64,000 bases of DNA, from NCBI GenBank assembly GCA_044892525.1, contig CM097885.1, positions 9,364,001 through 9,428,000 of the forward strand, written 5' to 3'. Shown piece by piece: positions 25,100 through 39,539 of this stretch. This DNA comes from Schmidtea polychroa. Lineage: Eukaryota. The notes below the pieces were generated by a model. That model was not told the DNA's origin and searched no databases. It was given only the letters and a program-made list of their open reading frames with translations. Position 1 is the stretch's first letter, and the number at the start of each line of letters is the position of its first letter. The position numbers and the translations under genes were made by a program.

Positions 25100-25935
25100 A
25101 TTAGAGTCTCAGCGGCTAATCTTTGCAATGAGATTTTGAACGCATCTTGTAACATTTTGCATTGTAGGACATGTAACACAATCAGAGCTTACATTCGCAA
25201 TATGGTGCTGCCAGTTCATATTCGCTTAATTTTTATAACTGCTGCACCTTTGAAATCACAGCTTCGTAAGTCTCAAAAATCTCTAACATCAGACTTATTT
25301 CATCGAGATTGTATATGCCACTCCTCCACCAAATGTTTCTGCTTCTCAAAGAACATCGTTTACCAAATTACTTGCATAAGATGTAACGCATCGTACATAG
25401 GCGAAACACATAGAACGTTCCAAACAAGACTCAACGAACACGTCAAGAGCAAAACCAGCAATTATCACGAACAATGGAAAAAAGTGCACAAATCAGCACC
25501 ACTCTTACACGAAACAAAATGCAAAATGTTACAAGATGCGTTCAAAAACTCATTGCAAAGATTAGCCGCTGAGACTCTTTACATCAAAAAACTTAAACCG
25601 TCCATCAACATTCAAATAAATTAATACTTAAATTAATATTTATTTAGATTTAAAATTTAAAATATAAATAACGTTTTTTTATTAAATAATTAAAAATTTA
25701 ATTAAATTATAGAATTTAAAATTTTAAAAAAATAGGAAATATTTTTGGGTAATTAAAATAAAATATAAATAGAATATAATTTAACCAATAAATTTATTAT
25801 AAAATACGAAATGAATTTATTATCCCCCAACAATAATTATTTAATGTAATAATTATCAAATTCACTTGAAAAAAGCAGTGCCGAAAATTCGTGAGTATCA
25901 ACAAACATCGATATATTACTGATTTATAGTCTTAA
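25100..25935 (+). mobile_element. Penelope-like element 3' end (GIY-YIG endonuclease plus terminal repeat)
   Basis: NIVYQITCIRCNASYIGETHRTFQTRLNEH...E.LYIKKLKPSINIQ; hammerhead-like motif at 25862-25894. Confidence 0.8.
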
Positions 25936-25959
25936 AACTCTTTTTAATTCAATAATGAA

Positions 25960-26350
25960 GATATTTGGAAATTATTCAGAAGAGTTACTGATCGTGTTAC
26001 TTGCATTTTTTGCACCAAGGCACCGAAAGATATGTGATTTAAAAAAATCATTGTTTACTGCATCACGTGCAATGTATGCAAGGAAATTTACATTGGAAGT
26101 ACAATCAAACCGTTACACCAAAGAGTTAAAGAATATCTAGATCCTAGTGGAAAATCCTTGGTAAACAGACATCTTCAACAATGTCAACCAAGGAAGGAAA
26201 GAAAAAATATTTCAATAGAAATCATAGTCAATGGAAACATGCAAACAATTGTCAGATTTAAAGAAGCAATTCTCATTGTAAACAGGCAGTCAACAATTAA
26301 CACTGTAGAAGAAATCAATAAAATCATCAATTTGATCTGTTGTCATTGAC
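25960..26350 (+). mobile_element. Second Penelope GIY-YIG remnant
   Basis: Manual translation IVYCITCNVCKEIYIGSTIKPLHQRVKEY; KEAILI...STIN. Confidence 0.75.
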
Positions 26351-27806
26351 CTTGAGAATAACTGATAATAAAAAAAATTATAGAAAAATAATAATTAAAA
26401 TAAAATAGAAATTTTAGGAAATATGCTTTCAAAAGATAGGAATAAAAATCAAAATCGAGACATTTATTAAAATATTTAAATCGCGTATGTTAATAGTTCT
26501 TGGAAGCTTTATTTTATAAATATTTTAAAATATTTTTTATTAAAATAGGGTTCTATGAGCTAATTATAGAAGCTTTAAAAATTTAAAGATTTTGGTTGGT
26601 GTTTCAATTTGAATTTTAGAGGATATTTAATTTTAATTTTAAATAATTATTTTTAAAAATGCATCAGAAAAAGAAAGTATATCATTATATTATATTTTTA
26701 ATCAATGAGAAGTAAAATAAAGGAAATAAAAGAAATATCAAGATGTATATTCGGGAAGAGGAATGCTAAATTCCAGGGGATTGACATGGACTATCTTATA
26801 GTCGAAAATCTTTTCATTAAATACATTTTTCGCAGCAAAAGGCCTAAATTATCATTTTATTGTTTTATTATTACTATTATTATCAAATATAAGAATAATG
26901 CAAACTTTTTTTGACTTGGTCGGGTCTCCCAAAATCCACCCGTCATTGTATTTTTGAATTTTGAATTTTTTTATCGAAGTGGCATCAAAGCGAACCATTA
27001 AAACATACTGATTGTTTTCTGAAGGCCTCATTAGATAGGCGCCTTTCTAGAATAAGTTAGTGCATTTAGTTTAATTTTTTTAATAATATTATTGTTACTT
27101 TCATATTGTTTTTCATTAATGTCGAAGCTACCTCTTTTGTGACATTGAAAAACCAAGGCTCGGCAGAAAGAGAATCCTAGAACATTTAATGATACAAATG
27201 TTGCCCTGATTATCAATTGAGATCTCGGATATTCACAATATATTTTCTAATTAATTGTAAAATCATTTTTTTCATCGTCAAGGGTAAATCAAATTTAAGG
27301 CAATCATAAAATTAAAACAAAGTTTTACCCAAAAAATTATACACAGACACACTTTTGCGTTTCCCTTTATTTTTCTATTGTTAGGGAAATATTTTTATTG
27401 GTTATTGTGATGTATATTTCCTGAGTTATTTGAAATATTTTTTTATTTTTCATTCGAATTTACTAAATTTCGGCAGGAATAAAACTACATTCTGATGTTG
27501 TATTTATTTAAAAGCTTGACTATGAATCAGTAAATATATCGATGTTTTTTGATATTCACGAATTTTCGGCACTGTTTTTATTAAGCGATTCTAATGTGTT
27601 AAATTAAAATTAAATTAAATGTGTTATATTAAAACAACTTAAAAATTTCAGAAACTTTCCACTTCCCTCATAAAGAACCTTCTGGAATATTATTTTAAGG
27701 AAAACTGACACTGCTTTTATTTTTTAAAAATATCGTATGGAAATTACTTACCTAAGATGCAGCGCGATTTACACTAGTAATACTTAACGATCCTTACACA
27801 TTAGAC

Positions 27807-28069
27807 CAGTGTTTCCCACGGTGATGCATCACACCTCAGAGGTGTGACACGTCCGCAATTATCAACTATTCCACATATATGTTTTTTAATATAATATGAT
27901 CATTCACGACTAAATATAACGTGCACACAGCAATTTCATTGACTGTTATCTTTGCATACTGGCAATACGATTATTGAAGTTTGACAGCAACTTCAAATGG
28001 GCCAGTGGGGCATATGACTTTTGAAAATACTACTGTGGGGCATGTTAAAAAAAAGGTCGCAAAACACTG
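27807..28069. mobile_element. hAT-type MITE
   Basis: CAGTGTTT.../...AAACACTG; TSD CATTAGAC / CATTAAAC. Confidence 0.8.
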
Positions 28070-28870
28070 CATTAAACTAAATGAATACATAATCAAGAGA
28101 ATCGCTAGAATTGAGAATTAGTATTCTAAGGAAATATTCTTTGGTTGAATGGAAGGAGTTGATGATGAAGCTCAGATCACAGCTAGGGAAACGGAGGATT
28201 CATCTTCTTGAATGTTTGGCATATTTTCTTTATTGGTTCTGATGAGAGTTAACGCTTAAGATTTCGAATGATTCATGAATTATTCTATATCGTTTGTCTT
28301 TTCTGGAGAGAAAAGATTATTTAAACAATAAATTTAATTTGATTTAGTTACAATTAATTTTAATTTAATTAATTTAATAATATATTTTAAGTTTAATTAT
28401 TAAATTGATATTTTTATTAATGTGGAAGTCCAGAGGCACTACAACAAGAAAGTACTTTAATAGAAAAATCCATGGCTTCACGATTAAGTCTTAAGTATCG
28501 AATCCTCTAACCCATACATAAAATTTCCGGTTAGACAGTTTGTTCCAAGCATCTTGGTAAGGGGTAGACTAACTTTGACAGGCATAACTGTGCCTTATTT
28601 TTTTGAGGCAAATTTCAATACCCACACTTACAAGGCCATGCTCATAATCTTTCTTTGGCGAAAAATAATATCGATCAAAAATTGCAAGAATATATGAAGA
28701 AGTGTAATACATAGATAAAATAACTGTCATGATGAGAGTGGACGTCAACAGTAATAATTCATATTAATAAATTTGTAAATTATTACATTATTATACTATA
28801 AAATAAAAATTAAAATAAAATTTATTCTATTTTACATTTGAAATATTTGAAAATAAATGCACAATAACTA

Positions 28871-29591
28871 CAGGAATACCTCGAACAGTACGGTTAATCG
28901 GTTCTGGAATCTAGCCGTACTATTTGAAACCGGACTATTCGAGCATTACGGCTTAGTACCCCTATTAAGAAATTTAAAAATTGTGATTATATAAAGCCGC
29001 ATCTTTATCTGCACTTGCTGATTCCCCAACAATACGTACGGTGTGGATACCAGTTCGTTCCTTATACCGAGAAAACCACCCTCGACTGGCCATAAAGGTT
29101 TCACCGGTTTCGGAACCAAGGTCTTCTACTTCATCTGTAGTCCCCAAGTCTTTGTAAAGACTTATTGCCTTCGCTTGAATTTCCATTTGAATAATTAAAA
29201 TACGTTTTTGGCTAAGGTCTTCTATCCATATAGATAATAGTCGCTCCATGTTAACCATTCGAGGGCTTCTAATTCTGGTTATCACTTTTAGCAAATATGA
29301 CGCCGTAGCTATACCTTGCGACTTGTATTGATCTTTATTTTTCACAATTTTCCGAACTGACGCCTCGTTCATTCCCCTTTCTTTTCCTAATTTAGCAAAC
29401 GAAGCCCCTTCTTCATGAAGTTTAATGACGCTAAGCTTCTGTTCTAAAGTGAGCCATTTGCGTTTTTTGGTTTTTAAACTTTTTTAAATTTCGAAAACAA
29501 TCATATTTTAAAAATTTCAAAACCGTACTATAGAGAAACCGTACTGATCGAAACCGTACTGATCGAAACCGTACTATGCGAGGTATTCCTG
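28871..29591 (-). mobile_element. Internally deleted pogo/Tigger transposon
   Basis: TA-flanked TIRs CAGGAATACCTCG / CGAGGTATTCCTG; CENP-B-type HTH (MERLLSIWI, FMASRGWFSRYK, GESASAD); DDE domain absent. Confidence 0.88.
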
Positions 29592-29618
29592 TATTCATGA
29601 AACACATAATAATATTAA

Positions 29619-30025
<407 letters not shown>

Positions 30026-31882
30026 ATTTTTTAATGATCATAATTTTTTATTTATTATTTTGAACTGAAATTTGAGCGAGAACATATTTATGTCCAGTTT
30101 TTTACAATTTTTGCAGAAATTAAAATTTTGTGTAATAAAATCATTTGAATTTAATGGAAGCCAAAAATTTGAAACAATTATTATTGAAAATATTATATTT
30201 TTCATCCATTCATACATTTTTAAAATTCAAAAGTTTTTGTAAAATTTTATCCAAAAAAAAACTTACATCTTCATCGTATTCTTCATTAGCAATACTTGAC
30301 TGCACACTTGACCTTCTATGGATATATAATACTGTCAATAGTGTAATAGTTAAGAATTAATTAAAACTATGTGAAAATTGTCCATTTAATTACAATCAGG
30401 GCCACGCCAAGCGGGGATGAAAAGTTTTAATGGAACCTGGTGGCACGACGTAGGGGGAGTCGCAGGCGAAAAAAAGGTTTAGTGAAAAAATGCTAATTTA
30501 TATTATATAGTTATGTACGTAAATGAATACTATAAAAATACGTCATTCATAACATTGTTAGTGTTAAGATATTAAAACTTATTAAAACTATAATTAATTT
30601 TATTATACGTTAAATATTAAATTTAAACTAAATCAATTTTAGTAAAACAACTTTGTAAATGTAAATCTCCCAGAAGAAACCTCAATATAAAAGAATAAAT
30701 ACAACTTAGAACTTGCTTCCTATCAATCATCATATCATTAGGCAGGGAAATAAATTTAAATTTAAAATTAATTTTAAAAGATCACTTCATTTAAACAAAA
30801 ATCTAAATTATAGAATGGTGTTGGCATGAAAGTTGAGAAACCCTGCTGAGAAAGACTATCGTATTCTCCTACTGCTGTCAATTTTTGGATTTTACTTACA
30901 CGCTCTCTAAATTAATTGAGCAAACAGTTTTTTAATTAATTAATCAACTAAATTATATTTTGGAAATTATGAGACTAGAGATCACAATGGATTTGATATT
31001 CATTTTTATCTTTTCATTTTCTTTCTGCTCCCATTTTCCTCAAAATATATATTTCCTGACTTTATAAGTAATCTAATAATTAAATTACCCAATTAATAAT
31101 TATCGTGAATGTTTTGATGCGTGTGTGTATGTTATTGTATGTCTGAATCCTGTCTCATATTTCATGTTAATTATTACATAATTATTACATAAAGAGATAA
31201 ATACTTGAAATGATATGTCACAAAATAGGTTTTAGAATATTCCAGACGTTTAATTATTTAACGACCTTTTGTAACCCTAAAATTTATATGATTATTAACT
31301 CAATTTCCAGTTAAATAAGTTTCATTATAAATCAAAAATAAATCTACCTGAATCAGCAAAAGCCCTCAAACCGTGAAATATGGTGTCATGAAATTTACAA
31401 AGCTTTTTCATTTTGGAATTTCTAGGTCAACACAAAATCATTTCCATTATGATCTAAGAAGCTTTAAAATATTCATTTTACATGATGCAATGTTCAATAT
31501 GTAGTTTGTTCCACCCGGTACAAAACTATGAGTGTGGCTATAATAATTGCGTTGCCTATATTTTGTCATGTAATAAAGATATTTTAGAGATAATGCAAGG
31601 TATTCTGAAAGCTACAGTTCTGGAGATATGGTCCTCTCTATGAGCCCTGCGGAAAAATATTGACAAGTCTAGGCGTTTATAAAAATCCGAAAATGATATG
31701 AAAATTAAAATGAATTTTGAATTTTCATTTTTGTTTTTTTATAATTTATGGTATAATTTTGCTATTAGAGAAGGTTTTGTGTATTTAATATTTGGGCATA
31801 GGTACGACATTGTGTAGAGTCATATAAAGGTTTTTTAAAAAATAATATTATTTAGTAGCTGATTTATTTTTTGGAGGTTTAA

Positions 31883-32429
31883 CCCTTTCAATACTGTAGG
31901 GACATATTGTCCCAGAGAATTTCTAATAATTACTAAAATAATATAAATGCTTACAAATGCATTCGGATCTGGGATTTTAGTAATCATAGGCTCGTAAACA
32001 AGTCCAAAATTGTCTACTTTATTTCTGTTTGCTTTTTTTCTTTTCTATAAAATTTTGTCAGTCTAGATGTTGCTAACCAACAGTAGACACGTGTTACGCT
32101 TATTATATGTGCTGTGCTTGGAATTGCCAAGTAAGATATTTATAATTTTATTTTACTTATTTAGTGTGCAGCAATAATTTTTATGAGTTTTTTTATTTCT
32201 AAAAATAAAAATGGGACTTATATGTCCCAATAGTGTTAATAATTGGAATATCATGTCCCATCAGTATTGAATAACCTATGTATTCAAAGTTTTCGTTTTA
32301 GAAGGGATAAACCTGTGTCAGATCATTCATTTAAATATTTGTTTTTCCTGTCAAACTAAATTAGCAATGAATATTTTGTGCTATAAATATTACATGAATT
32401 ATAAAAATAAAAATATCGTATTGAAAGGG
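31883..32429. mobile_element. piggyBac-type MITE
   Basis: TTAA|CCCTTTCAATAC ... GTATTGAAAGGG|TTAA. Confidence 0.85.
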
Positions 32430-33462
32430 TTAATGATTTAAAAAATTGGAATTAAAAAAATAAATTATTAAATGAAATAAATTTATTAAAAAGAACTAAG
32501 AATTAATTTGAATTTCTAGAGTTTGTTTAAATATTTTTTTTTCATTTCATTTATTTCCATTAAGACTAATCAACTCTTTCTTATGCAATACAAACTTTTT
32601 GGTATTGCCCTTTTTAAATTATGTTTTTAATTTGTTACGTAAAACAAAATTGATCTATAGTAATATTGAAAATAAATGAAATTCTAAAATAAGGTAAAAA
32701 CCTATCAAAAGTGCAAAAAAAGATAATTTTACTGATAGGTATTATTTGTAATTAAATCATCTCTTTCGTTTTGCAATGTTTTCTTTTTAAATAAACCGTT
32801 TTAATTGTAAATTGTAAAAATTATGCTTCATTGTTTCTTTCATTTTTGTGTTTGTTAATAAATTTGATAAGGAAATATCAATGGAGAGATTTTACAATAT
32901 TTTACGAGCATTTGGATTATCAAATATGTTTCTTTCCCTTTTAATGGAATGTTTTTTATTCCATCAGCATCACAATTTTTCCTCGTTTTAAAACTAAAAC
33001 ATTCACAGAAAAACTTTGTCCTAAAAATTTATAAAATTTCCCCTTACACAAAGTATATTTCTAATTCTCCTAAATTTGCCATTTATGTAAAATTGACAAA
33101 CAATGGCGGTCCAATTAGTGATATCTCGTGTTTCTAGACTTATTAGGTCGAGTAACAACATCCATTTAACAGAAAATCTTTATTTTAATACAAATTTCTT
33201 CAGTTTTAATGTATGCTAATTTGAGGTCATATAAACAACTTTATTTTGAGAATTCTACATTATTAACCTTTTGAATACACTTGACGTATCAATACGCCAT
33301 TTAGTTTTTTGTCCAGTGTTCCACATGACGTTCTGATACGTCATTGAAATATCGACAATATTTAACATGCTTGTTCTTGTTTATCTGAGAGTAATTAGTA
33401 TCAATTGAATTCTTGGATCTTGCATCAAATCTACTAATGCTGCCCAAATGAAAATATAATAA

Positions 33463-33687
33463 CCCATTAACACTCAAAAGAAAACTACAGGTAAAAATTA
33501 CTTTTTTCTTATGACATATTGGGTAAATTAGAATATTTATAACATAAAATATGGAGAATATTTTCGTAGACTACTAGTGCCATCTATTGTTGAAATGCGT
33601 CACTACTTCCAGGATAATCATTATAGAAAAACATGAAATCACGCCTTTAACAAGTGCATCCATGTGAGTACAGTGAGAGGTAATGGG
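33463..33687. mobile_element. piggyBac-type MITE (degenerate)
   Basis: ATAA|CCCATTAACACTCA ... TGAGAGGTAATGGG|TTAA. Confidence 0.6.
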
Positions 33688-34797
33688 TTAAAATAAATAT
33701 GAACCCAGAAAGTGAATTAAATTGTTAAAAAATAAATTATTTTTATTTAGCTTAGCAAGGCTTAAGGAGACATTTTTATATTATATAGAAAAATATTTTA
33801 AAGAAGAATTGCAATATTGTCACAGATAAATTTTATTTGATAAATAGAAAATGTAAAAATGCAATAAAAATACACTAACACACTATTTGAATTGTCAACT
33901 GATCGCGATGGTGAAGGTTCCCTGAATAGCAAATGAAGTATCATTTGAGCTTAAGAATTGAAAATAATCAGTCCATCAAAGGTTTTCATGGACTAATAAT
34001 TTATTAAATTTGTATTTTTGATACATTGGTGAACAGAAATTTAAACAAAACAGTTTATGCTTTCAAAGTAATATTTGAAGTGTGAAGAGTAAAACAAATA
34101 TTTCAAATTGTATCTTCTATAAACAAAAGAATGATACAAAATAAATACTTACTTTCTGCGGTAAATTGTTGAAACATATTTTGCTCAATTTTTTTCACAT
34201 GACCAAATTAAGAAAAATTAATTACTTAGGTCGATTTTTATCTAAATTAACAAACTAAAATCTTTATTGATTTTTATTTTTCCTCCACTCGTGTTTTTTG
34301 GTATCAAATCAACGAACTCCAAACAAAATATTGATTTAATTTTACCAAAAATTCAACACAACAATATCGCGCTGAATTCAGGAATGTCAATAGTTGGTTA
34401 CATGACAAAGATGGCATAACGGCTATGGATTCCAATTTTTAGGACAGTTGCTAAGATTTTTTAAAAAGCAATATTTCGGGTTTGCGTTTTGATTTCATAA
34501 AAATATGAGATCATTATTGAAGCTTTTAAATATTAATTTTATTCTACAATTTAATTTATATTTTATTATTAATTTTTCCGAATTTTCAGGATATTATGAA
34601 TTTTATTTTTGAAATTATTGCGATAAAAAGTGAATTAAAATTATTTTAAATTATAAATTATATTGTAAATTAATAGCCAAATATTTCTATTTTTTGCCCA
34701 AATCTTTTAATTACCTTTATTTTTCTTCGGAAATTTATTGTTTGTTGCCACCTTTCCTGTCTGATGAAAATTGTCCAAATTTGTTATTTATAAACTA

Positions 34798-35339
34798 CTA
34801 GCTGTTGTACCCGGCTTCGCCCGAGTTTACATTTATTATAATTATTCATTTAAATTAATTTTTTGTTTAATGATGTTATTACGTTCCAGTATTAATTTTA
34901 TAACAGCTTCAATTCCATGTTTAATTCACAATAAGAAAAGCTTTCAAAATAAATTTCAATTTGTAAAATCAAAAAATCACTACAATTTAAATCGAAAAAT
35001 AACTGGCAATATTTTTCCAATTGCAAACTGGTTCACTAATCAAATAAAATTCAAATTCTTCATGTTTGAATTCTGCTTTGAATTGACTAAATTATATTAC
35101 TTTCAACTCCAAGTAGCAAGCATATAATAAATTATTATTTACATGGAAAATTGCTGAACGGACAGACAAACAAACCGATTTAGGGTACCCTAGGGGTGGT
35201 AACCTGGGGTTGAAACATAGCATATGACCTGTCCCGAGTCAAATGAGGGTCACATTCAAAATTTCAGCACCCTAGGTCCAAAGGTGGGGAATTCTATGGG
35301 TAACAAACAAACTAACTTTCATCTTTATATATTAGAAGA
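34798..35339 (-). mobile_element. Non-autonomous Helitron
   Basis: Minus strand 5' TCTTCTAATATATA; 3' GC-rich subterminal hairpin region CTCGGGCGAAGCCGGG then CTAG; inserted between A and T, no TSD. Confidence 0.8.
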
Positions 35340-36750
35340 TGGATTTAGCAGCGCCTTATGGTATCCCGAAAATCTTCCAAAATAAAAGTAGTTCTCATCA
35401 TTTTCCATGGCATTTATTAATCTGATTTTGTCACCTTAGAAAATTCAATCAGCGTATGATATTTTTAAAACTTATAAAAAATATTTTGATTTTTTGTTAT
35501 GAAATCAGATATGGTAGAAGTGCTTGTATTACCTGAAATTTTATGGAAATATAAAATTAATTGCAACTAAAATATATTAATATCAATATCTCTTCATTTC
35601 CTCATAACCTTAAAGTAGAGTCCTACAAATGCTATTAACAAATTTATTATGGGAATGTCTCATTAAGATATTTTTACATATCAAAAGTTAACAAATTTAT
35701 TAACCCTTGACCGTAACCCATTTATTATCACAAGTGAAATTGTGTATGTAAGTAATTACTATTTGTTTACAGGTTCCATTTTGGACTTGAGTCTCTGTCA
35801 AATCATGTGGATCGTAGCAAAGCTGGTCATTTGTTAAACCAGATTGATGTAAATATTTGTTGTAATTTTTTAAAATGTTTGACAATTGAATTAAAATCAT
35901 TAGAATTTAATTATATATGACAATAATTTAATATCGATTTTAATATACAATTTTAACACAAATAGTTATTTAAACTAACTGATCAAACTTATAATATTTA
36001 AACTATATTATTTAAAAAAACGCAGTTTCAGAGACAATTAATTTAATATTAACATTACTATGTATATATTATAAGAATTTCTTTTGATTTTCACCCCTGA
36101 TTTCTTTTGAATAGGGATTGTATTTATAAAAAATTGACTATGAATCAGTAAAGATATCAAATCTGCAAATAAAATAAAGATGTATGGAATTTTTTAAAAA
36201 ATAAAATATTGTGCAGATGTATCTTAGATAAAAAAAATTTAAATGATCAAGTTGTAGAAAATTTTCATGTCAAAAATGTCAAAAGTCAAAAGTGAAAGCA
36301 ATAAAAATGTAAATAAGATTGATCAAGATAATTAAACTGAGCTACTGGAAAAAAGCGTAAGGGATAGCTAACCTTATTATGATGATGTATTTATTAGAAA
36401 GCTTGACTAGGAATCAGTAAAGATATCGAATAAACATCGATATATTGATTCATAGTCAAGCTTGATAATAAATACAATGTCAATTGAAATGAAATTAATG
36501 GTGAAAATTGAAAAAAAGTTCTTATAATAATTATGATGAGGTTATTTAAATGTTTTTATATAAATGAAAAATTCTAATGTATTTATATGAGGAAAATATT
36601 ATTAAAATAAAATTAGACAAATATTAGGATGTAAGCCTTAACTTTTTTTTGTTTTTAAGAAGGAAGCCAAATAATCAGTTAGAAAAATAAAAAATTATTT
36701 AGAAAAAGATTTTTGATCTTTTCCATGATGTAAACATAAGTTGCAATTAC

Positions 36751-37755
36751 CTTTCTTTTATTTTTTGAACCACTTGTAAACTTGGCGGAGGAACGACTAT
36801 TGGTGGTGGTTCAGTTGCTTTTTTTTTGTTATGCAATTGATTTGGAACCGTCATGGTCGCCGGTGGTCGAGGTTTGCTTTCTTCTATGGGCTTGGTTTGA
36901 TTTTCTTTCGGTTGAGATTGAACCATTTTTCCTTCATCATTCTTTGACTCGGAATTTTGAGACTTTACCCAGCCTACTAAAACGTTCGTCTTTTTCGGCG
37001 TTTTCGCCGGAGGAGGAGGTAAAATTGGCATATGATTTTCAACAGGTTTAGTTTTATTTGATTTTTCTGATATCGGAGGTGGAGGAAGAGGTGGATGGAT
37101 GATTTTTTCTCCAGTTGGTGATAATACTCTTGTTAATGGAGAGTTGAGTTTTAGTTCTTCGGTTGAAATTTCGGTTTCATTTTCCGGATTGAATTGGAAA
37201 TTTTGAGTGGGATTTGATTGCTTTTTTAAATCTGAGAGTCTTGGTGGTGGTTTTACAGGAGGTGGAATTGCCTTTTGATAATTTGGATCAGATGTTCTGA
37301 GGTTTGATTGAACCTTTGAAGGAAAGTTTATTGAATACTTAATTTCTTGAGTTTTTGTCGGATCTGGAGATAGTGATGGAATATTTTCTGATATCATTAA
37401 TTGGCTTTTCTTTGGTGGTGGTCTTACCAACGGTGGCGGTTCAGGTAAATTCCTTGTTGGGTACCCTTTCTTCAGATTAAGTTCTCTTTCCTGGCGAATT
37501 AATGATTCCGATTTTTCGTTTGTTTTAGTTGCATCTACTAATTCACTGCTATTATTCCAGTGGGGTCCTGGACTTCTTTTTGGTGGTTGGACAGGTACCT
37601 CTCTGCGTCAAATTATATTTACAAACATCAACTACTCTTAGAAACATTTACTTTTTAGCTAATAAAATATTAGCCTTCGAATCTCTGTCAAACACCGGCT
37701 TAATAATTGTTTCCTTCTTATTTTCAAACAAATTCATTCGGTCTTTCACAGACAT
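36751..37755 (-). CDS. Host gene 5' exons, proline-rich disordered N-terminus (product unknown)
   Basis: Exon 37755-37652 (MSVKDRMNLFENK...), 49-nt GT-AG intron 37651-37603, exon 37602-36751 open and PxxP-rich, ending at AG|GTAATT. Downstream exons not identified. Confidence 0.7.
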
Positions 37756-38350
37756 TTGGATCGGGATGTCTAGTTGTCAGAATTTTATAAACTGAAAAAT
37801 CCGAAGATTATATTATATAATTACTACCTGTTTCACTATCCATGATATTACGATGTCTCGCCTAATTTAAACACGAAAATTAATAATAATACTGAAAATA
37901 AATAACTAAACGCGTTGAAAACAGCCGTCAAGTGAATGTTTACCAAGTTGTTTTAAGTCAGATGAAATAAACAATAAATTTATTTTAACTTAAATACACG
38001 GATTCGGTAATTCTAAATTGACTAAAATTCGTCATTTTATTCAGGATATGATTTTAATATTAATTCTTAAAATTTATGTAAATGAAGTCATTATATAGAT
38101 AAAATAGCAATAGTTTTAAGATGTTGTTTTAATCGGCTGTAATATAAATATATAAAAAATATTTGGTATACTACTTTTATATACTACTTATTGTGAAAAA
38201 ATATAAATTCGTTTCTCATTGATTAAGGGATTTAATTTCACCGTTTCCTTGAGGAATTTACTGGAAATATAACAAGGAGCAGACAAATAACTCCCGTAAT
38301 AATATTTTAACAATTTTTATATAAAATAATTAATATGCAGCAATAATTCA

Positions 38351-38414
<64 letters not shown>

Positions 38415-38419
38415 ATTAT
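38351..38419. repeat. (ATT)n microsatellite at the LTR insertion site
   Basis: Direct inspection. Confidence 0.9.
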
Positions 38420-39456
38420 TGTTATGGATAGGCCTGGAGCCTTGTTGACAAAATAAATAAAAATTACTAAAATTAGAAATAGTATAAATAAAAATAATAA
38501 AGTATTACCAAAAATAAAAGATAGGTTTTATTAATTACTATTAATAGAATTAAGTAGTACATAGGAATATTTGATAATACTATTACTATATATAGTAATT
38601 ATAAAATTGCTATTAATAGAATAAATGATTAAAATAGAATATAAATACTGGTTCAAAACGAGAACCAGGGGACGATAAAACATTGAGACAACAATTTGGG
38701 CGATAAATTGGAAAGAATTATTTGGAAAATTATTAACTTATCATTTTAAAGAAAACGTGATTAAAGAATCACTGTGTTTGTCAAAATTAATTCAAGGAAT
38801 TTGTCGACAGTTCAAATTAAATTTAAATATTTCATCGTACCAGACGAAATTCCGATTCAAATTTCGGATCGATTTCAAATTTGAAAATTGGCTATAAATT
38901 GCCGAACAGAATAAACAAGAGTCAGTAAGAAAATCTCTAGCGAAAAATTGGAACAGATTTGTGAACGAAAAATAGAAAAGGAGCCATTAATTTAGACAAG
39001 GTAAAAGGAGTTCATTATTTGTGTTGTGTAAGGATAAATTATTATCCTTGTGAAGTGAATTAAAAAGCGAACACAAAGCACCGATAGCGGCTTTCGTGTT
39101 ACCTGGTAGCTCCAAAATCAGCCCACTTACTTTACCGTTATCTTTCCACTTTATTTAGCGATCGTTGTGCTACACAGGAGCCATCGATTTCTTGCAGGCT
39201 GTGGTAAACAGTAAGGATTAATAAATCCGTTTTCTTGTATTCTTTGCACATATATTATAAATTTCTGTTGTAAATTATTGAATACATTTTTGTAAAAAGA
39301 GAACGAGTTTGTTTTTAATTCAGTGATTTAAACTTATACACGCAACCACATTAAATATAAAGTATTTATATTTATTTTTATAATTTAGTTATTCTAATTA
39401 ACCTTTGGAGTCTTTGTGTTAAGATTTGTAGTCCCCGTTTTTTTTCGATCTTAACA
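38420..39456 (+). repeat. 5' LTR (~1037 bp)
   Basis: TGTTA/TAACA inverted ends, internal TATAAA (38894), followed by the PBS. Confidence 0.75.
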
Positions 39457-39459
39457 TTT

Positions 39460-39477
39460 TGGTGAGCTCGACGTGAT
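39460..39477 (+). promoter_or_regulatory. Primer-binding site, tRNA-Trp-like
   Basis: TGGTGAGCTCGACGTGAT, 2 mismatches to the complement of the tRNA-Trp 3' end (TGGTGACCCCGACGTGAT). Confidence 0.75.
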
Positions 39478-39539
39478 CTAACTTTCGGGGTAATAAGAAT
39501 TTTATTTATAAAAGACAAACATCTTTTCGAATCATTGAG

